A DNA stretch of 58,765 nucleotides from Faecousia sp. GTDB lineage: Bacteria > Bacillota > Clostridia > Oscillospirales > Oscillospiraceae. The position numbers and the translations under genes are program-made. Positions 56,398 to 58,765 of the stretch are shown here, piece after piece; positions within the stretch are counted from its first letter, which is position 1; each line of letters opens with the position of its first letter. The notes under the pieces were generated by a model. That model had not been told where the DNA came from, did no database searches, and saw nothing but the letters and a program-made list of their open reading frames with translations. The DNA is taken from assembly GCA_045660725.1 (NCBI GenBank), contig JAZREG010000097.1:1-58765 (forward strand), in the 5' to 3' direction.

Positions 56398-57054
56398 TTA
56401 TGGGTTTGTGATCCATACCTGCGCCCAGGCGAACAGGTCCTGCGCTGCTTTATCGAAATCCACAGCATCCCCCTTTTTCAGGTGCAGGAACGTATCCGCG
56501 ATATTCTGATCCATTGGCGAAAGGGCTTTGCGCAGCTCCGCCTGCCGGGAGAAATACTGCCCTTTCCGATCAAAAGCGATGGCCTGCAGCACAAAGGACG
56601 CGGATTTGTAAAGTGCGCGCAGCGCTTCCTCGCTCCGGCCATGGAGCATATTGTGAACGCAGCCGTGATAAATATTGCACGCCCCCGTCCGGATCGCCCG
56701 GCGGACCGCATTCGTGTCGATCAGCGGCAGGATCAAATCAAGACTCCCCCGGATCGGCTTCGTGTCGTAATAAAATTGGAACAGATCTGCCGGATCCCAG
56801 TTCAGCAATTCCTTCTTGCCGGAGAAAAAACCGCAGATCAGCTCTCTGTGGGGAAGGGCATCCAGCATCCGGCGATACTGCTGAATATCCGTTGCATCGG
56901 CCGCATCCAGGATGACGACCACGTCCAAATCGCTGGATTCCGTCGCTTCTGCCCGGCCGTAGCTGCCCTGCAGGCCCACAAACCAAACCCGATCCCCAAA
57001 AGTATTGTCCAGGATCCTCAAAAATTCTTTCTGCCAGGTTTCCCAATCGATCAT
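56398..57054 (-). CDS. Pol-beta superfamily nucleotidyltransferase (MNT/KNTase-like) with a helical C-terminal domain
   Basis: GLQGSYGRAEATESSDLDVVVILD. Confidence 0.85.
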   Translation of the reverse strand: MIDWETWQKEFLRILDNTFGDRVWFVGLQGSYGRAEATESSDLDVVVILDAADATDIQQYRRMLDALPHRELICGFFSGKKELLNWDPADLFQFYYDTKPIRGSLDLILPLIDTNAVRRAIRTGACNIYHGCVHNMLHGRSEEALRALYKSASFVLQAIAFDRKGQYFSRQAELRKALSPMDQNIADTFLHLKKGDAVDFDKAAQDLFAWAQVWITNP

Positions 57055-57167
57055 CTATCCCGCCCCCTTTCGGATACTTATACCATATAGCGAACAATGT
57101 GTCAAATCCACAATCTTGTGCATCCTCCGCGGATGTGCTATAATGCCCCAAAAGGAGGTGTAGCCCC

Positions 57168-57851
57168 ATGTTTGATCCTGCAAAAACAAAGGCCGTCCTT
57201 TGGGACCTGGATGACACGCTCTACAGCCGCCGGGCCGCCGCGGAAAAGGTATTTCCCGGGATGTTGAAGGCACATCTGTATCCCAGCGCATCGGATGCCG
57301 CACTGCAAGAAATGGTAGCCTACATGATGACACAGGTAAAGCGCAACACAATGATCCACGAGGATATGTTCCAGGCGCTGATTGAAAAATATCCCCCTGA
57401 AAAGCCCTATGACCGCACCCGCTGCGTCGATTATTACTACAAGCACTTCCCGGAATATGTGCAGCCTTATCCGGAAACCTTCGCGATCCTCAAAAAGCTT
57501 CGTGCTTCCGGTGTCAAAACCGGCCTCATCACCAATATCCCCCCAGACCGGGCAGCGCCCCAGTGGGCAAAGATCCGCGCTCTGGGGCTTCCGGAACTGA
57601 TGGATGTGATCCTGGTTTCCGGTGAACTGGGGATCCACAAGCCGGATGTTCGCATTTATGAACACGCCGCAAAAGCGCTGGGCGTTTCTCCGGAAGAATG
57701 TGTATTTGTAGGCGATGATCCGGACTCAGACATCCTTGGCGCGTTAAACGCAGGCATGGAAGCGGTGTGGCTGGATGTATGGGAAAGCGATGACCGTTAC
57801 CCGGATGCCCACAAAGTCCGCTCCGTTGGGGAGTATTTTGAAAATCAGTAA
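57168..57851 (+). CDS. HAD superfamily hydrolase
   Basis: WDLDDTL, LITN, KPD, FVGDDPDSDILGA. Confidence 0.92.
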   Translation: MFDPAKTKAVLWDLDDTLYSRRAAAEKVFPGMLKAHLYPSASDAALQEMVAYMMTQVKRNTMIHEDMFQALIEKYPPEKPYDRTRCVDYYYKHFPEYVQPYPETFAILKKLRASGVKTGLITNIPPDRAAPQWAKIRALGLPELMDVILVSGELGIHKPDVRIYEHAAKALGVSPEECVFVGDDPDSDILGALNAGMEAVWLDVWESDDRYPDAHKVRSVGEYFENQ

Positions 57852-57881
57852 GCAAACAAAGAGAATAACAACCACCGGCAC

Positions 57882-58061
57882 AGGCCCCCTTGTGTAAAGG
57901 CTGCGCCCGCAGGCGCGTGCAGAGCGCAACCGCCCGAAGGGCGGCTCTTGGCGCGGAGCTGGGCTGTCACCGCACAGCGGTGACTGGGGGATTGTCGCTA
58001 TGAGAACAACCCCTCCGCCCAGTGTGCGCACTGGGCACCTCCCCTTGCACAGGGGAGGCTT
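57882..58061. repeat. Composite palindromic (REP-like) intergenic element
   Basis: Stacked hairpins CCGCCC-GAA-GGGCGG, GTCACCGC-ACA-GCGGTGAC, GCCCAGTG-TGCG-CACTGGGC and CCTCCCCT-TGCAC-AGGGGAGG. Confidence 0.6.
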
Positions 58062-58133
58062 TCCGCTGCGGCGGGACTGGGCATAGCTAATGTTTTGAAA
58101 CCCCCAGCCGTGCTGGGGGTTTTCTTGTACAAC

Positions 58134-58337
58134 AAAAAAGAACCACCCATTTGGGTGGTTCTTTGGCTCCCCCTGTTGGACTTGCTTTTCTGCGGAAAAG
58201 CCACGGCGGTTGCAAGTGTCCCCCGGACACTTGCCAAGAGCCGCCTTTCAAGTCCAACTATAATATTAAAGATAAAATGGCGATAAAAAGACCACCCGAT
58301 TGGGTGGTCTTTCTATTGGCTCCCCCTGTTGGACTTG
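58134..58337 (-). repeat. tRNA-linked duplication: terminator plus 21-bp tRNA-Asn 3' end repeated 153 bp apart, with a palindromic insert
   Basis: TGGCTCCCCCTGTTGGACTTG at 58164-58184 and 58317-58337, each preceded by an ACCACCC...GGGTGGT hairpin. Confidence 0.75.
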
Positions 58338-58392
58338 AACCAACGACCTGCGGATTAACAGTCCGTCGCTCTACCGACTGAGCTAAGGGGGA
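58317..58392 (-). tRNA. tRNA-Asn (GTT)
   Basis: TCCCCCTTAGCTCAGTCGGTAGAGC...CTGTTAA...GGTTCAAGTCC...GCCA, 76 nt. Confidence 0.96.
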
Positions 58393-58399
58393 ATATTTG

Positions 58400-58516
58400 T
58401 GTTGGCATTACCTATTTTCCCGGGCAGTCGCCCGCCAAGTATCGTCGGCGCAGATGAGCTTAACTTCTGTGTTCGGGATGGGAACAGGTGGACCCTCATC
58501 GCAATCAATACCAACT
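58400..58516 (-). rRNA. rrf: 5S rRNA, orphan copy
   Basis: Minus strand CACCTGTTCCCATCCCGAACACAGAAGTTAAGCTC...CGATACT...GGGAAAATAGGT with paired GTTGG/CCAAC ends. Confidence 0.93.
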
Positions 58517-58580
58517 CATATGGATGGGGTTTACCCCACCTTTTATAGTCAAAAGCCGGTTGGCTTCTAACAGCTTTTGC

Positions 58581-58609
58581 ATTATAGCACCGAATGCTAT
58601 AAATGTCAA
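58581..58609 (-). promoter_or_regulatory. Perfect sigma-A promoter upstream of 5S/tRNA-Asn
   Basis: TTGACA (58609-58604), 17-nt spacer, TATAAT (58586-58581), with an AT-rich upstream tract. Confidence 0.85.
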
Positions 58610-58618
58610 GAAAAAAAT

Positions 58619-58693
58619 TGGTGACCCATACCGGATTCGAACCGATGTTAACGGCGTGAGAGGCCGCTGTCTTAACCACTTGACCAATGGGCC
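58619..58693 (-). tRNA. tRNA-Glu (CTC)
   Basis: GGCCCATTGGTCAAGTGGTTAAGAC...CTCTCAC...GGTTCGAATCC...ACCA. Confidence 0.95.
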
Positions 58694-58695
58694 AT

Positions 58696-58765
58696 TGGTG
58701 CAGCTTCAGGGACTCGAACCCGGGACCCACTGATTAAGAGTCAGTTGCTCTACCAACTGAGCTAA
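58696..58765 (-). tRNA. tRNA-Lys (CTT), 5' end cut by the window edge
   Basis: TAGCTCAGTTGGTAGAGCAACTGACTCTTAATCAGTGGGTCCCGGGTTCGAGTCCC...ACCA. Confidence 0.93.

Noticed and set aside
24293-58337. The large locus as an ICE or island integrated at tRNA-Asn
   Set aside because: The tRNA 3' duplicate is only 153 bp from the tRNA. I saw no further copy at the left boundary and no integrase, relaxase or mating-pair genes, and base composition looks like the flanks.
57998-58733. Short ORFs in the terminal region
   Set aside because: They overlap tRNA, 5S and repeat sequences and are spurious.

Overview
GC-rich Firmicute chromosome segment; the style suggests gut Oscillospiraceae/Clostridia (inference). 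1-24 kb is mostly ordinary metabolism and transport: the left end of an IS3/IS150-like element, an F420-0 glutamyl ligase-like gene, trkAH, DUF1846, a DUF5058/M20 peptidase operon, a HexNAc kinase-ROK-nagA-MATE cluster, an MBOAT/DHHW O-acylation operon, a VanY-type carboxypeptidase, and an M42-ceramidase-like-LacI operon. 24.3-56.3 kb is a ~32 kb run of 19 co-oriented minus-strand genes that looks like one accessory signalling/proteolysis/conflict system. In transcription order: ClpP, Sel1+pseudo-AAA, soluble VirD4-like ATPase, ECF sigma and zinc anti-sigma, two YbjN proteins, surface vWA protein, FtsZ/tubulin-like GTPase, 2-TM coiled-coil protein, a 1735-aa TM/Zn-finger/transglutaminase protein, an orphan Card1/Can2-like CARF nuclease, a wHTH protein, a TM-RCK-RyR protein, a ClpN-ClpB-REC-FtsH-M41 fusion, a second TM-RCK-RyR protein, HTH-RyR, DUF1292 and RtcB. 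The window ends with a nucleotidyltransferase, a HAD hydrolase, palindromic repeats, tRNA-Asn, an orphan 5S rRNA with its own consensus promoter, tRNA-Glu and a partial tRNA-Lys. All assignments come from reading motifs by eye; no searches were run.
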